Assembly (NCBI GenBank): GCA_964556485.1
Contig: CAZKVV010000001.1
Coordinates: 84,551 to 148,550, forward strand
Length of the DNA: 64,000 nt
Direction of reading: 5' to 3'
Source of the DNA: an uncultured Pseudomonadales bacterium
GTDB taxonomy: Bacteria; Patescibacteriota; Microgenomatia; UBA1400; PJMF01
Below are positions 36,775 through 47,690 of this stretch, piece by piece (the stretch's first letter is position 1; each line of letters opens with the position of its first letter). Under the pieces are notes generated by a model. The model had not been told where the DNA came from. It was given only the letters and a program-made list of their open reading frames with translations, and searched no databases. Both the position numbers and the translations under genes were made by a program.

Positions 36775-37194
36775 ATGAGTTATAACACATTGAGACGAAG
36801 CTTGCTTCTTGTAGGGCTGATAATAGTAGTTGTCATTGGCGTTGTTTTATCCTCTTTGTCTGGATGTAGTGGTGGTGCGCAAGTAGGTGTGTCACCAACT
36901 GTTAGTCCAGATGTAGGGGCGAGTATGGAAGCTGTCCCAACTGCGCGATCACAACCGGTTCAAGATGCGCTTTCGACACCAGAGATACCTCCTAATACCC
37001 CTGCTATGCAGGTGCAGGTATTAGGCGAAGCCGACTTGAGCTTGGTGGTTGGTGTGTCCCGTAGCACTCTCAATTTTAGAGACGTGCTAATCATGCGCGG
37101 CGATGGTAGTTTGCTCAGATGCATGATTATTATTGGCAAAGCGTTTGAGCTGGGTGTCCCAGATTCAATTGCCCAAACGTGCGAACCCCAATAG
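36775..37194 (+). CDS. hypothetical lipoprotein (139 aa)
   Basis: ATG behind AAAAAGGAG. Signal peptide with lipobox LSGC. Confidence 0.5.
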   Translation: MSYNTLRRSLLLVGLIIVVVIGVVLSSLSGCSGGAQVGVSPTVSPDVGASMEAVPTARSQPVQDALSTPEIPPNTPAMQVQVLGEADLSLVVGVSRSTLNFRDVLIMRGDGSLLRCMIIIGKAFELGVPDSIAQTCEPQ

Positions 37195-37230
37195 CTAAGC
37201 AGAATTGCCGATAAAATAGAACAAGTATAT

Positions 37231-37272
37231 GCTCCAACCTGAATGCCGATAGCAGGTTGGAGCTTTTTTTTT
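37231..37272 (+). terminator. intrinsic terminator (GCTCCAACCTG ... CAGGTTGGAGC + T9)
   Basis: 11-bp perfect stem followed by a 9-T run. Confidence 0.75.
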
Positions 37273-37648
37273 GCTGTGATACGATAACTGCAGTACAAAC
37301 CTAAACAATTGAAAGGACAGTTCAACAAAAATAAAGAGAGCGTGTGGCTCTGTGGTTCTCCCCACGGAGATACGAGGAAGAAGGGTGCTAGCAAAACAAA
37401 TTGAATAAGTAGCACAATCGAACCACTGTCCAAGCACAGTGAGGATCTGCGGAAACCTTCTGGTGATGTTGCAAACCCATATGCAACCAGGCTATTTTCA
37501 GGAGTAAAATCCTATAGTCTGTTTTTCAATAAAAAATACTATTCGTTTTTAGTGCGGGTTGTTTGCCAGCGGTTTTTCAGTACAAAAAAAGTACTCAAAT
37601 CGCATCTTAACACCAACAAATTGCACAAAAGCGTACAGAAAGTAACGT

Positions 37649-39430
37649 ATGTGTGGCATTTTTGGATTTTATGGAACTGACAAAGAGCAGCAAGCGGCTG
37701 CAGTGGTTTTAGAGGGATTACAGAACTTGAGTTATCGCGGCTATGATTCTTGGGGAATTACGGTGGTATCAGAGGGGACATTGCATACCACGAAAGATGT
37801 GGGACATGTTGCGACAAATGTTCCAGCGAGTTTACCCAAGGCATCAATTGCAATTGCACATAGCAGATGGGCAACCCATGGCGGCGTGACAAAAGTCAAT
37901 GCTCACCCCCATACAGCTACTGATGGTAGTTTTGTGTTGGCTCAAAATGGTATTATCGAAAATTTCGAGGTTTTGAAAAGTGATTTGCAACAAAAAGGCT
38001 ATACCTTTCTTTCCCAGACGGACACCGAGGTTATTGTGTATCTGGTAGAAGAACAAAAGAAAAAAGGATTGCCATTGGATGAAGCAGTACGTCAAGCATT
38101 TTTATTGCTAGATGGAAGAAACACTATCCTAGTGCTTTCAACAGAAGGTGAAATAATTGCCGCGCGCAATGGTTCGCCGTTGGTGGTGGGGAAGGGCAAA
38201 AATAAGGATGAGTGGTACTTTTCTTCGGACACCTTATCCTTTGCTAATACGGTTGAAAAAGTGCTGGTTGTTGAGAATGGCCAGATGGTGGTTTGTTCTT
38301 CTGGGAAAGTTGAGTTGCTCGCAATAAGCACCGGTAAAACAGTTGAACCTGAGTTTGAGAAGTTTCATTTTGCTTCCCAAAAAGCTGACAAAGCAGGTTT
38401 CGATCACTTCATGCAAAAAGAAATTGATGAAACTCCACAAGTTATTGCGCAAGTGTTAGCTCAAGATAAAACAATGTTGTTGGCTTTGGCTGAGGCTGTT
38501 ACCAGTGCGCGTCAGGTGTATACATTGGGTTCTGGTACTGCTGGAATTGCATCTCAACAAATAGCCTTCTATCTAAGAAAAATAGCAAAAGTGAACACTA
38601 TAAGTTTGGTGGGTGCGGAGGCTCAAAGTTACTTTGAACTCTTCAACAAGGACGATCTCATTATTGCTCCCTCACAGAGCGGTGAGACAGCTGACGTCTT
38701 AGAAGTCCTGGAGGTCGCGCAGAAAAAAGGTGTCAAAATTGCAACGTACGTCAACATGTATGGTTCTATCATGACGCGCATGGCTGATTTCCCGTTTATG
38801 GCGGGGGCAGGACCTGAGATGTGTGTGATGTCTACCAAAGTTTTTACCTCACAAATTGCTTGGGGTTACTTGTTGGCAAAAACCATTGCTGGGGAATTTG
38901 AGCAGGGTCGAGCTCAACTGCAGGAACTTAAGGAGCAGCTTCGTATTTGTTTGGATGATTCAGCTTTTCATGCACAACTCAAAAATGTTGCCGGCACGCT
39001 TGTTGACGCACAAGATATTTTCTTGCTGGGTAAGTCACAAAATATGGCCATGGTTTTGGAAGGTATGGTTAAGATTATCGAAGGTTCATACAAACATGCC
39101 CATGGAATTCCAGCTGGTGACCTTAAACACTATGCCATCACGATTATGGAAAAAGGTGTGCCGGTATTTGTGTTAGTGAGCAATGATGAAGCCCGGACAG
39201 ATAGTATTTCCGCGGGGACTGAGGTCAAGACAAGAGGTGCAACGGTTATTGGCATCGGCCAGGGAAAAGTACCAAGTTTTGATAGCTTTATTGAACTGCC
39301 AGATGTTGGTGAAGTTTCGGCTATTATGAACATTGTGCCGCTGCAACTCATTGCCTACTACCTGACAGTAGCTCTGGGAAATAATGTTGATAAGCCCAGA
39401 AACATTGCCAAGAGTGTGACGGTGAAGTAG
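37649..39430 (+). CDS. glmS: glutamine--fructose-6-phosphate aminotransferase
   Basis: MCGIFGF N-terminal nucleophile (Ntn amidotransferase) and two SIS domains; 593 aa. Confidence 0.95.
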   Translation: MCGIFGFYGTDKEQQAAAVVLEGLQNLSYRGYDSWGITVVSEGTLHTTKDVGHVATNVPASLPKASIAIAHSRWATHGGVTKVNAHPHTATDGSFVLAQNGIIENFEVLKSDLQQKGYTFLSQTDTEVIVYLVEEQKKKGLPLDEAVRQAFLLLDGRNTILVLSTEGEIIAARNGSPLVVGKGKNKDEWYFSSDTLSFANTVEKVLVVENGQMVVCSSGKVELLAISTGKTVEPEFEKFHFASQKADKAGFDHFMQKEIDETPQVIAQVLAQDKTMLLALAEAVTSARQVYTLGSGTAGIASQQIAFYLRKIAKVNTISLVGAEAQSYFELFNKDDLIIAPSQSGETADVLEVLEVAQKKGVKIATYVNMYGSIMTRMADFPFMAGAGPEMCVMSTKVFTSQIAWGYLLAKTIAGEFEQGRAQLQELKEQLRICLDDSAFHAQLKNVAGTLVDAQDIFLLGKSQNMAMVLEGMVKIIEGSYKHAHGIPAGDLKHYAITIMEKGVPVFVLVSNDEARTDSISAGTEVKTRGATVIGIGQGKVPSFDSFIELPDVGEVSAIMNIVPLQLIAYYLTVALGNNVDKPRNIAKSVTVK

Positions 39431-39483
39431 CATTGACCATTTCTTGGTAATCTTACTTGTAGGTTTAAATTGATACTGGTACT

Positions 39484-40032
39484 ATGGGGTCTATGACAGA
39501 ACAACAACTTCCTAATGTAGCAGATGTAAAAATAGCAGCCATTGAAGAAAATAGTCCTGATGCTAGCGAAGTAGTCATTCCAAATTGGTATCAAGATTTC
39601 GCTGTAAGTATGGCTAAAGCTGAGAATGTTTCGGAAAAACTTGCGAATTTCGATACTTTATCTTATGCAGCTATCAATGCAGCCATAGGTGGTGATATGA
39701 GGGAGTTGCCATACCAAGTGCTCAGAGTTTTATTACCTGACGGTTCGGATAACCAGCAAGTCGCAGACGTACTGAGAAGTTCCAGAGAAGAATATCTAAA
39801 ATCTCATCCAGATGAAGTACAAGGCCGTGGCGCAACTGAAGGTATCATTAGCTATGACGGTAGATTTATACCAATCAAGATTTGGGAAACGCTTACAGAG
39901 CATCAAAAATTTGCTGTATTCGTGGGGTCAACATGCACTCATTATGCAGGAGATGTTCCAGGATATGGCGACTTGGATTATATGGATGCCGATCAATATG
40001 ATGCTTATCTTAGAGAAAAAAAACAGTTCTAA
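39484..40032 (+). CDS. hypothetical protein (182 aa)
   Basis: ORF; no family recognised. Confidence 0.45.
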   Translation: MGSMTEQQLPNVADVKIAAIEENSPDASEVVIPNWYQDFAVSMAKAENVSEKLANFDTLSYAAINAAIGGDMRELPYQVLRVLLPDGSDNQQVADVLRSSREEYLKSHPDEVQGRGATEGIISYDGRFIPIKIWETLTEHQKFAVFVGSTCTHYAGDVPGYGDLDYMDADQYDAYLREKKQF

Positions 40033-40033
40033 A

Positions 40034-40960
40034 CTATTTTTTTCTTCTTTTCTTCCTTCGTTCAGCCACAATTACTCCTGAAATAATTAACAAAAGGGCA
40101 AGCGTTTGCCCCCAGTGTAGTGTGTCGCCAAGCAAGAGTACTGCAAGTGGAACATAGACAAGAGGTTGCAAGTAGGTGAATAGGCTCGCTTCGGATGCTT
40201 CGATGCCATCTTGGCCTTTTATGTAGGCGGTAAGCCCTATGATTGAACCAAAGGTTGCCATATAGAAAGCTGCCACCCAGACAGAAGGGGATTGCAGGTC
40301 AGTTTGTATGGCAGGAAGCAGTGCAGAATGAGACCAGCCAGCTTCCCAAAGACTCAGAACACCAAAGACGATCATGCCAATAACAAAACTCACAGCCGCT
40401 ACAAAGAGTTTAGGGAGTTTCTTGTAGTGTTTTTTTGCTAGGACAAAGTAAAATGCCGCGGCAATATTCTGTCCAATAATCAAGACATTACCTAACAGGG
40501 ACAGATGAGTGATAGACTGCAGGCCCAACAACAATGGTAGCAGCACTAACAAAATAGTTCCTGAAAGTGCCAGTCCAAGTCCAATCAATTCATGTTTTTC
40601 TTCACGTTCACGTAAGTACCAAGTTCCAACCAGTACTGTGAAAATGGGAGCTGTAGTGGTGATCAGACTCGCCTCAAGTGCCGTGGTCTTTGCGAGTCCA
40701 ATGTATAACAACCCGAGTGAAACAGTGCCGAGTAGTTCAACAGAAAGGAGCGATACTAGTTTCTTTTTGAGTGACTTAATTTTGGGTACATAGTACAAAA
40801 AAATGGGTATCGACAGTACGCTGGCTATGAAAAAACGGTACAGTAAATACCGAAACGCAGTAGAGACGTCTAAACTTGGTTTTACTATGACTAGTGCAGC
40901 GCCCCAGACAATAGTATTTACTAGCAAAAATCCATAGGAAACAGTTCGCTTTGAAAACAT
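40034..40960 (-). CDS. EamA/DMT-family transporter (10 TM)
   Basis: Two repeated 5-TM halves and hydrophobicity typical of the EamA family. Confidence 0.65.
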   Translation of the reverse strand: MFSKRTVSYGFLLVNTIVWGAALVIVKPSLDVSTAFRYLLYRFFIASVLSIPIFLYYVPKIKSLKKKLVSLLSVELLGTVSLGLLYIGLAKTTALEASLITTTAPIFTVLVGTWYLREREEKHELIGLGLALSGTILLVLLPLLLGLQSITHLSLLGNVLIIGQNIAAAFYFVLAKKHYKKLPKLFVAAVSFVIGMIVFGVLSLWEAGWSHSALLPAIQTDLQSPSVWVAAFYMATFGSIIGLTAYIKGQDGIEASEASLFTYLQPLVYVPLAVLLLGDTLHWGQTLALLLIISGVIVAERRKKRRKK

Positions 40961-40978
40961 ATCCTACTAGCTTAGCAC

Positions 40979-42229
40979 TTACTTTGTTGCAAGCGTACTA
41001 ATAGCTTTGTCGATCGAAACACTATCCTGTTGGCCCGTCACTAAATTTTTGAGAACTACGATATTTTGTGACTGTTCTGCTTCACCCGCGACAATAACAA
41101 ATGGTATGCCTTTTTTGTCGGCATACTTGAACTGTTTGGATAAATCATCGGGGGTGGGGTAGAGTTCAACAGCAATACCAGCCTTGCGCAGTTTGGTTGT
41201 TATTTGCAGTGTGTAGTTAGTTGCTAGGCTTTGAGATGCTGTTTCAAATACCGTAACCAGGGCTTTTGTGCTTGCCTTGCTGGTTGCAATGCCAAGAGCA
41301 AGTGCAGCTTCGACAACGCGGTCAAAACCAATGCCCACACCAACGGCCGGAGTTTCTTTGCCGCAGAGTTGACCAATCAGGTTGTCATATCTACCACCGC
41401 CACCACAAGATCCACCTTCATAACCCGGAATAGTAATTTCAAAAATCATGCCGGTGTAGTAATCGAGACCACGGGCAAGACTTGGGGTAAAAATCAGAGT
41501 TGACTCTGGAATACCCAGTTGTTGTGTTAGCTTGCTGATTTCTTGTAATTGCTCAGACATTGTTGCGGCAGCTATAGCAGAAAGGACATTTTCTGCCCTA
41601 GATTCAGAAAGGCCTTTGGCTACCAATTCAGCAGCGACATCTGCAGGTGTCATCTTATCTAGTTTGTCGATTGTTTGGACAATAGAGTACACAGGCACTT
41701 GGTCGGTAGCAAAAGGTGACAGGACAGTCAACAAGGTTTGGCGGTCGTTAATTTTGATTTCAATTTGCGAAAAACCTACTGCAGACAGTGCCTCGTAGGT
41801 GCCTGCCAAAATTTCGGCATCGGCAAGAGGTGAGGTAGTGTTATAGATATCAATGTCACACTGGGTGAATTCGCGGTATCTGCCTTTTTGTGGTTTATCG
41901 GCACGGAATACATTTTGAATTTGATATCTTCTAAAGAATTTTGGTAGCTCATTTTGATATTGTGCCAACACTCGAGCTGTTGGTACTGTTTGGTCGTAGC
42001 GAAGGGCAACTTCGCGATTGCCTCGATCTTCAAAAGTATAGACCAATTTGTCAGCTTCACTGCCATATTTGCCCAGAAGTAAGGATGCGTATTCGAGTGT
42101 GGGTGTTTCGAGTGGTTCAAAACCAAATCGTTCAAAACTGTTTGCAATAGCTGTTGCCACAGCAGTACGCACCCTCTTTTGCGAAGGGAGAAAATCTCTA
42201 AAACCTTTAAGTGTTTGTACGTTGTTCAT
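40979..42229 (-). CDS. hisS: histidine--tRNA ligase
   Basis: MNNVQTLKGFRDFLP N-terminus; class II motifs (FRAD/RYDQT, GGGRYD); anticodon-binding C-terminus. Confidence 0.95.
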   Translation of the reverse strand: MNNVQTLKGFRDFLPSQKRVRTAVATAIANSFERFGFEPLETPTLEYASLLLGKYGSEADKLVYTFEDRGNREVALRYDQTVPTARVLAQYQNELPKFFRRYQIQNVFRADKPQKGRYREFTQCDIDIYNTTSPLADAEILAGTYEALSAVGFSQIEIKINDRQTLLTVLSPFATDQVPVYSIVQTIDKLDKMTPADVAAELVAKGLSESRAENVLSAIAAATMSEQLQEISKLTQQLGIPESTLIFTPSLARGLDYYTGMIFEITIPGYEGGSCGGGGRYDNLIGQLCGKETPAVGVGIGFDRVVEAALALGIATSKASTKALVTVFETASQSLATNYTLQITTKLRKAGIAVELYPTPDDLSKQFKYADKKGIPFVIVAGEAEQSQNIVVLKNLVTGQQDSVSIDKAISTLATK

Positions 42230-42418
42230 ATTCTGTCTTTCTCTTGTATTTGTACTATAGCGTAGGTGGATCGGAAAGGGTACAAAAAAACCCCCGTTGA
42301 GGGAGTTTTACAATGCACGCAAGAACACCCCTCTCAACACTGAGTGGTATGATGATGTGCTTGTGCAAAAGTATTTTTCATACGCCTATAGTATATCACA
42401 TGGTATACTATCTGCTTT

Positions 42419-43369
42419 ATGAAGCAAGAAATATCAGTAATAAATCGCGCCGCCACTGCTAGATATCAAGAACTTACTCGTACAAAATTAGGTAGACTTG
42501 ATGAGTTGGTTATTCCTTCAGAATGCAATGTTGAAGTGAAAGAGTGGGGGTATGTATTCTTTCCACAAAATGCAGAAAAAATTGATACTCTAATTATATT
42601 CGTACATTCTGGAATTCGTGTTCCAGATGGTTTTGACAATTTGCTCAATATCGGCAGCCCTGAAGCAATTGCGGATTTTGTAGAAACAGTGGTGTTAAAC
42701 GTTGATTTAGGGGGTGGCCTGGTAGCTAGCAACCTTTTAGCGCAACTCAACGAAAATCCTTCAACTGCGCTAGTTTGGTATGACTACACTCGTATTACCG
42801 GCGATCCTAATAGAGTGTTTCTCGAAGAACAGCTGCCTGATAAACCTTTTAGAGGCGCGACACCTTGGAGTACAGAAGCACAAACAGTAGTTAGTCGTGC
42901 GCCGATTGTTGAAGCAACGATTGCTCCATTTTTTTCAGATTTACTTGATTTAACTAAACAGTATCAACCTCGATTGATTATTTCTCCCCATACGTATGAT
43001 CCTTTAGGCGGTGGGTTTGTGAGCGCTAGTATTACTGATACGTTTGGTGAAACCTTACGACCAGCAGGTATGATTTTTCAGGAAAACACCTATGCGCCAG
43101 AATTAGGAACTCTACTTTCACCAGAAGATATAGAACGGTTGCAAAAAATGTATACGCTTGCATTATCAAAAATTTCAACATTAGAAAAAGCACAAAACGT
43201 TCAAGTTACTATTGACGAGCCTTATAAAATTGGACTTACCTTAGTTGTTTGGTTGCAAATGATGCAAAAATGCAGCCATTTTATGTTCGAAATGCGCAAA
43301 GACATGTTTGAAGGAATTACAGATGCAGACCTCGATGTGCTAGCGCAACTTATTTTGAAAGCTCGATAG
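42419..43369 (+). CDS. hypothetical protein (316 aa)
   Basis: ORF; no family confidently recognised. Confidence 0.45.
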   Translation: MKQEISVINRAATARYQELTRTKLGRLDELVIPSECNVEVKEWGYVFFPQNAEKIDTLIIFVHSGIRVPDGFDNLLNIGSPEAIADFVETVVLNVDLGGGLVASNLLAQLNENPSTALVWYDYTRITGDPNRVFLEEQLPDKPFRGATPWSTEAQTVVSRAPIVEATIAPFFSDLLDLTKQYQPRLIISPHTYDPLGGGFVSASITDTFGETLRPAGMIFQENTYAPELGTLLSPEDIERLQKMYTLALSKISTLEKAQNVQVTIDEPYKIGLTLVVWLQMMQKCSHFMFEMRKDMFEGITDADLDVLAQLILKAR

Positions 43370-44426
43370 CATCAGTGTCGGTGATGAGCACCGTATTTTC
43401 AAATCGATAGCCAAACTTTTCTTGCAAGTAAATGCCGGGTTCGATGGTAATAACAGTGTTTGTGGCCACGAGTGCTTCATTTCTCCAGTTGAGTGACGGT
43501 GGCTCATGAATATCCAACCCCAGTCCATGCCCAGTGGTATGTATAAACTGTTGGCCAAAACCAGCTCTTGTGATCACTTCCCGAGCCCAGGCGTCGATCG
43601 TTTTGGCAGCAAGTTGCTTTTTTTCCGCAATGGTTGTTTTTACGCCTGATAGTGCTGCGTTATATGCTGCCATGACAATTGATTCTATCGAAAGAAACTC
43701 GGCAGAGGGTGTTGGTCCAAACCAAACGGTGCGAGTCATGTCAGCGCAGAAGCCGTTTACGCGACCGCCGACATCAATAAGCACGGCCATGTTTTCCTCG
43801 AGTATTTTGCTGGTTGGCTGATGGTGAGGAAGTGCGCTGTTTGGTCCAAAAGCAACGATGGTTGGGAATGCTAGGTTAGCGTCAGCACCAAGTTGTAACA
43901 TGTTTAAGAACAGCAGTGAGCGGACTTCTTTTTCGGTCATTCCTACACGAAGTTGCGATATGACAGCAGTAACAGCTTGACTAGTAATTTCACAAGCCTT
44001 GGCAATTGACTGTTGTTCGAGCTCATTTTTTGCGGCGCGAAGTTGCCAGATTTGCTCTTTTTGCATCGGTTCAATTTCAAGCGAGCATTTTTCCTTAATC
44101 CATCGATATTCTTCAAACTTGAGATCATCTGCATCGATAAAAAGGGTTTTGATGGGTGAGACCTTGGAGCTTTCCTCAATATGACCCACAAGTTGACTAG
44201 GGAATGATCCGGTTTTTAAGGTGATATCAGCAAAAACGGTAGAAGTTGGAGAAAAACTTGAGTGGATGAGCGTGACGTCATCAGTGCGGATTAATAGAAA
44301 TGCTTCACGTTCGGATGTAACTAGGCAGTTAAAGCCTGCGAAAATAGTAATGTCTGAAGGTTGAGAAAGTAGAATAGCTTGATTTGGCTTCACGGATGAC
44401 TGCAGAGTGGCAAGTCGAGCGTCCAT
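43350..44426 (-). CDS. M24-family Xaa-Pro aminopeptidase / prolidase
   Basis: HTTGHGLGLDIHE and other pita-bread metal ligands (DxGG..., E..E). Confidence 0.85.
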   Translation of the reverse strand: MDARLATLQSSVKPNQAILLSQPSDITIFAGFNCLVTSEREAFLLIRTDDVTLIHSSFSPTSTVFADITLKTGSFPSQLVGHIEESSKVSPIKTLFIDADDLKFEEYRWIKEKCSLEIEPMQKEQIWQLRAAKNELEQQSIAKACEITSQAVTAVISQLRVGMTEKEVRSLLFLNMLQLGADANLAFPTIVAFGPNSALPHHQPTSKILEENMAVLIDVGGRVNGFCADMTRTVWFGPTPSAEFLSIESIVMAAYNAALSGVKTTIAEKKQLAAKTIDAWAREVITRAGFGQQFIHTTGHGLGLDIHEPPSLNWRNEALVATNTVITIEPGIYLQEKFGYRFENTVLITDTDAIELSK

Positions 44427-44428
44427 AA

Positions 44429-45148
44429 TTAGTTCATTTCCTCAAGTGGGGCTAGGGATCGAAGTGTAGCTAGTTCAAAGCCTGTTTCTGTATCAAAACC
44501 AGTTATAAGAACAGTCACGTCTTCATCGAAGTCTGCAATTACAGCTTTTTCGCCGGTTTCATCCTGTAAAATGGAATTTTTCATTACTTTGAATTTCTTT
44601 TCTTCGCCGTTTGAGCGATCGGTAATGCTTACTTCTTTAGCTGAAATAGTGACGATTGGTCCAATGGTGACTATCTGCGTTTTTGGTCGTAGTGTTGTTT
44701 CGGAAACTAAAATCACACTTGGTATAAAATCATTTGCAACTTTAGAGCCAAGGACTGTGACCCAATTTCCTACAGCGATATCTTCAAGCGGTAAGCTTTT
44801 GCCTTTTTTTGTGATCACGATTGTGTCATCTATGGCAAGAATGGTAGTGCCTTGTCTATTTTGGTAGGTGAGAGCACCGTCATTGATGCGTTGCACTTCA
44901 CCAATACTGCCATATTTTGAGTTCAGCATAGTGCTAATGGCACCTTTTACTTTTGAGGTGTTGTCTTCGATGCGCTTTTTAATTTCATCAATGGCACTTT
45001 CAGCAGTTTCTTCGAGGGTTGCCTCGGCTGTAGCAGTTTTTGGTTGAGCAGCCATAGCAGGCGTAGTTGAGAGTGCTAGTGCCGCAACCGTACTCAGTGT
45101 GAGTAGGAAGCCAAGAAATAAGTAGTGTTGTAGGTTATTTTTCATCAT
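44429..45148 (-). CDS. hypothetical exported protein
   Basis: Start taken at MMKNNLQHY (45148) with a signal peptide; the ORF track start was 45211. Confidence 0.45.
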   Translation of the reverse strand: MMKNNLQHYLFLGFLLTLSTVAALALSTTPAMAAQPKTATAEATLEETAESAIDEIKKRIEDNTSKVKGAISTMLNSKYGSIGEVQRINDGALTYQNRQGTTILAIDDTIVITKKGKSLPLEDIAVGNWVTVLGSKVANDFIPSVILVSETTLRPKTQIVTIGPIVTISAKEVSITDRSNGEEKKFKVMKNSILQDETGEKAVIADFDEDVTVLITGFDTETGFELATLRSLAPLEEMN

Positions 45149-45611
45149 CTTTTGTTTCTGCTGAAGCTGAAGCCTCTGGAGATGGTGAGACTTCAAGTAA
45201 ATCTGAGACAATTATTACACGTTCGTCAGTAGCAGTGGTGCCAGTTTCATCTAAGACGTGGACTGAGAGTACATTGACACCATCTTCAAGTTCAACACTA
45301 AAGCTGAAGTTGCCGGTAGCGTCTGAGGTGGAGATGTAGTCATCATTATTTACAAACAGTACCACGTGAGCATTTTCACTGGTGGTCCCAGTTACAGTAG
45401 TTTCTGATCCAGGTTGCACCGTGCCATTTTCGGGATTATGAATGGCAATAAGGGCGGGATCTGAGGTGGTTGCAGGGCTTGGCTCGGTTGCTAGTTCGAG
45501 ATCTGTTGTAGGAGTTTCAGATAAAGAAGTACGAAAACGATACACACCATAAGTAATAAAGAGCCCCATGCCAAGGCCAATAAGGATTGCTAAGATAACT
45601 TCTTTTTTCAT
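45135..45611 (-). CDS. hypothetical membrane-anchored protein (158 aa)
   Basis: N-terminal TM helix; Thr/Ser/Glu-rich ectodomain. Confidence 0.45.
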   Translation of the reverse strand: MKKEVILAILIGLGMGLFITYGVYRFRTSLSETPTTDLELATEPSPATTSDPALIAIHNPENGTVQPGSETTVTGTTSENAHVVLFVNNDDYISTSDATGNFSFSVELEDGVNVLSVHVLDETGTTATDERVIIVSDLLEVSPSPEASASAETKDDEK

Positions 45612-45690
45612 TTTTCCTGATGCAATTTGTATGTGTTCAGGGTAGCATTATAACGCAAGTTACGGTACAGTGCAGGTAGCAAGGAGAGAT

Positions 45691-46350
45691 ATGTTACTTA
45701 CGTATCATGGACACGCAGCATTTAAGTTAAAGGGTAAAAAAGGCTCAGTTGTTACTGATCCCTACGCCGACTATGTTGGCTTCAGTTTACCCAAATTGAG
45801 TGCTGATTTGGTGACAGTTTCACACCAACATGAAGATCATAATGCTGTAGAAAAAGTGGCAAGTTCGAGCAAAAGAGCAAGGCCATTTATCATTGATAAA
45901 CCAGGCGAATATGAAGTTGGAGGTATTTCAGTTTTTGGAACTTCCTCGTTTCATGATGCCACTGGTGGAGTAGAACGTGGTCAAAATTTCATTTTTACCG
46001 TTCTGATTGATGGCGTGCGCGTTTGCCACTTGGGTGATCTTGGTCATGACTTAACACCAGATCAAATCGATGCGATTGGTCCTGTAGATGTCTTGCTCGT
46101 TCCGGTTGGTGGTAGTTTTACCATAGATCCTGTGGGAGCAGTTAAAGCAATTCGAGCAATTGAGCCTGGAATTGCTATTCCTATGCACTACAGAACACCT
46201 CGACATGACGCAAATATCTTTGGCGATATGAAGACACTCAATGATTTCTTGATGGAATATGGTGTAAGCCCTATACCAGTACCAAAACTAGATGTGACGG
46301 CAGGTAGAGTTTCGGAAGAAACAGAAATTGTGATACTGCTGGAGACTTGA
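45691..46350 (+). CDS. MBL-fold metal-dependent hydrolase (UlaG-like)
   Basis: ATG behind AAGGAGAG. LLTYHGHAAF...SHQHEDH resembles the MBL HxHxDH motif. Confidence 0.7.
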   Translation: MLLTYHGHAAFKLKGKKGSVVTDPYADYVGFSLPKLSADLVTVSHQHEDHNAVEKVASSSKRARPFIIDKPGEYEVGGISVFGTSSFHDATGGVERGQNFIFTVLIDGVRVCHLGDLGHDLTPDQIDAIGPVDVLLVPVGGSFTIDPVGAVKAIRAIEPGIAIPMHYRTPRHDANIFGDMKTLNDFLMEYGVSPIPVPKLDVTAGRVSEETEIVILLET

Positions 46351-47678
46351 GTTTGATGCAACATACGACAGACGGGAGAACACCTCCGCAAAATCTTGAT
46401 GCTGAGCGCTCAGTGTTGGGCGCTATTCTTATTGACCCAGACGTAATTGTAAATGTAGCCGACGCGTTAGTGCCGGAGAGTTTTTACGACCCCGCACATC
46501 AATTGGTGTACGCGGCAATGCAAAGTTTGTACGAGAAGCGCCAACCTATCGATGTGGTTACTCTCACCAGTGAGCTCAAGAAAATGAAGGAGCTGAAAGG
46601 TGCCGGTGGCACTGCGGGGGTGGCGGCGCTGTCTAATACCGTATCGTCATCTGGAAATGCAGAGCACTATGCTAAATTAGTTGCTGAGGCCTACACAAAG
46701 CGCCGCCTCATCGCTATGGGCGCTGAGGTTTCCAAGCTAGCCTTCGATGACTCCCAAGATGTTCTAGATATCATGGATACAGCGGAACAACGTGTGTTTT
46801 CGCTCTCTCAAGCCCAAAATAAAAAAGCATTTAGTCATATCAAAGATACATTGGTTGAAAGTTTTGAACGAATCGACCAACTCCAACGCTCTGGTGAGGA
46901 TGTTCGCGGCGTGGGTTCTGGTTTTATCGATCTTGATAACTGTTTATCAGGTTTTGGTAAATCTAACTTAATTATTTTGGCTGCTCGTCCAGGTATGGGA
47001 AAAACCACCCTGGCGTTAAACATTGCGCAGCATGTCTCAGTTGTTTCCAAAAAATCAGTTGGTATTTTTTCGCTCGAAATGAGTAGAGAAGAGTTAGTTG
47101 ATAGATTACTCGTTGCCCAGGCCGATATCGATTCTTGGCGTCTTAAATCCGGTCGCCTCGATCAACAGGACTTTTTAAAGCTTTCTGATGCAATGGGAGT
47201 GCTTGCCGATGCCAAGTTCTATATCGATGACACGCCTGGTCTTAGCATTTTTGAAATCCGCACTCGCGCTCGCAGGCTTATGACGGAGCACCATATCGAT
47301 ATTTTAATTGTCGACTATCTCCAGTTAGCCCATGGTCGCACCAAGGATAATCGTGTGCAGGAAGTTGCTGAAGTTTCGCAAGGACTTAAAAATATTGCTC
47401 GTGAACTTAAAATTCCTGTCATCGCCCTCTCTCAGTTGTCTCGTGCAATCGAGAGTAGAGGAGAAAAAGTGCCGCAACTTTCCGACCTTCGTGAATCTGG
47501 TTCTATCGAGCAGGATGCTGACGTCGTCATGTTCCTGTACCGTAAAGATGATGACATCCGCGAATCGGTTAACCTCAAAATTGCCAAACATCGTCATGGT
47601 GGACTTGCCGATATTGATCTATACTTTAGAGGCGATAGAACACGTTTTTATGGCATGGAAACAAGGCGAAAGGAGTAG
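46347..47678 (+). CDS. dnaB: replicative DNA helicase DnaB
   Basis: N-terminal DnaB domain (ERSVLGAILIDPD), Walker A GMGKTT, and motifs H1a, H3 and H4. Confidence 0.95.
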   Translation: MSLMQHTTDGRTPPQNLDAERSVLGAILIDPDVIVNVADALVPESFYDPAHQLVYAAMQSLYEKRQPIDVVTLTSELKKMKELKGAGGTAGVAALSNTVSSSGNAEHYAKLVAEAYTKRRLIAMGAEVSKLAFDDSQDVLDIMDTAEQRVFSLSQAQNKKAFSHIKDTLVESFERIDQLQRSGEDVRGVGSGFIDLDNCLSGFGKSNLIILAARPGMGKTTLALNIAQHVSVVSKKSVGIFSLEMSREELVDRLLVAQADIDSWRLKSGRLDQQDFLKLSDAMGVLADAKFYIDDTPGLSIFEIRTRARRLMTEHHIDILIVDYLQLAHGRTKDNRVQEVAEVSQGLKNIARELKIPVIALSQLSRAIESRGEKVPQLSDLRESGSIEQDADVVMFLYRKDDDIRESVNLKIAKHRHGGLADIDLYFRGDRTRFYGMETRRKE

Positions 47679-47690
47679 TGGCTGTAGATT

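Noticed and set aside
36960-37433. 157-aa minus-strand ORF
   Set aside because: It overlaps the lipoprotein gene and its strong terminator on the opposite strand; no support.
37280-37648. Possible glmS ribozyme in the 370-nt region upstream of glmS
   Set aside because: Only a weak resemblance (GAUACGAGGAAGAAGGG versus the GACGAGG-GGGG core). No AGCGCC cleavage-site context and no UUUAUCGA or CGGCGGAUG blocks were found. Probably just a long AT-rich leader.
42240-42300. A-run/CCCCC-GTTGA-GGG/T-run as a terminator between hisS and the 42419 gene
   Set aside because: The stem is only ~3-4 bp, and hisS is transcribed away from it. Not convincing as a terminator or as a regulatory hairpin.
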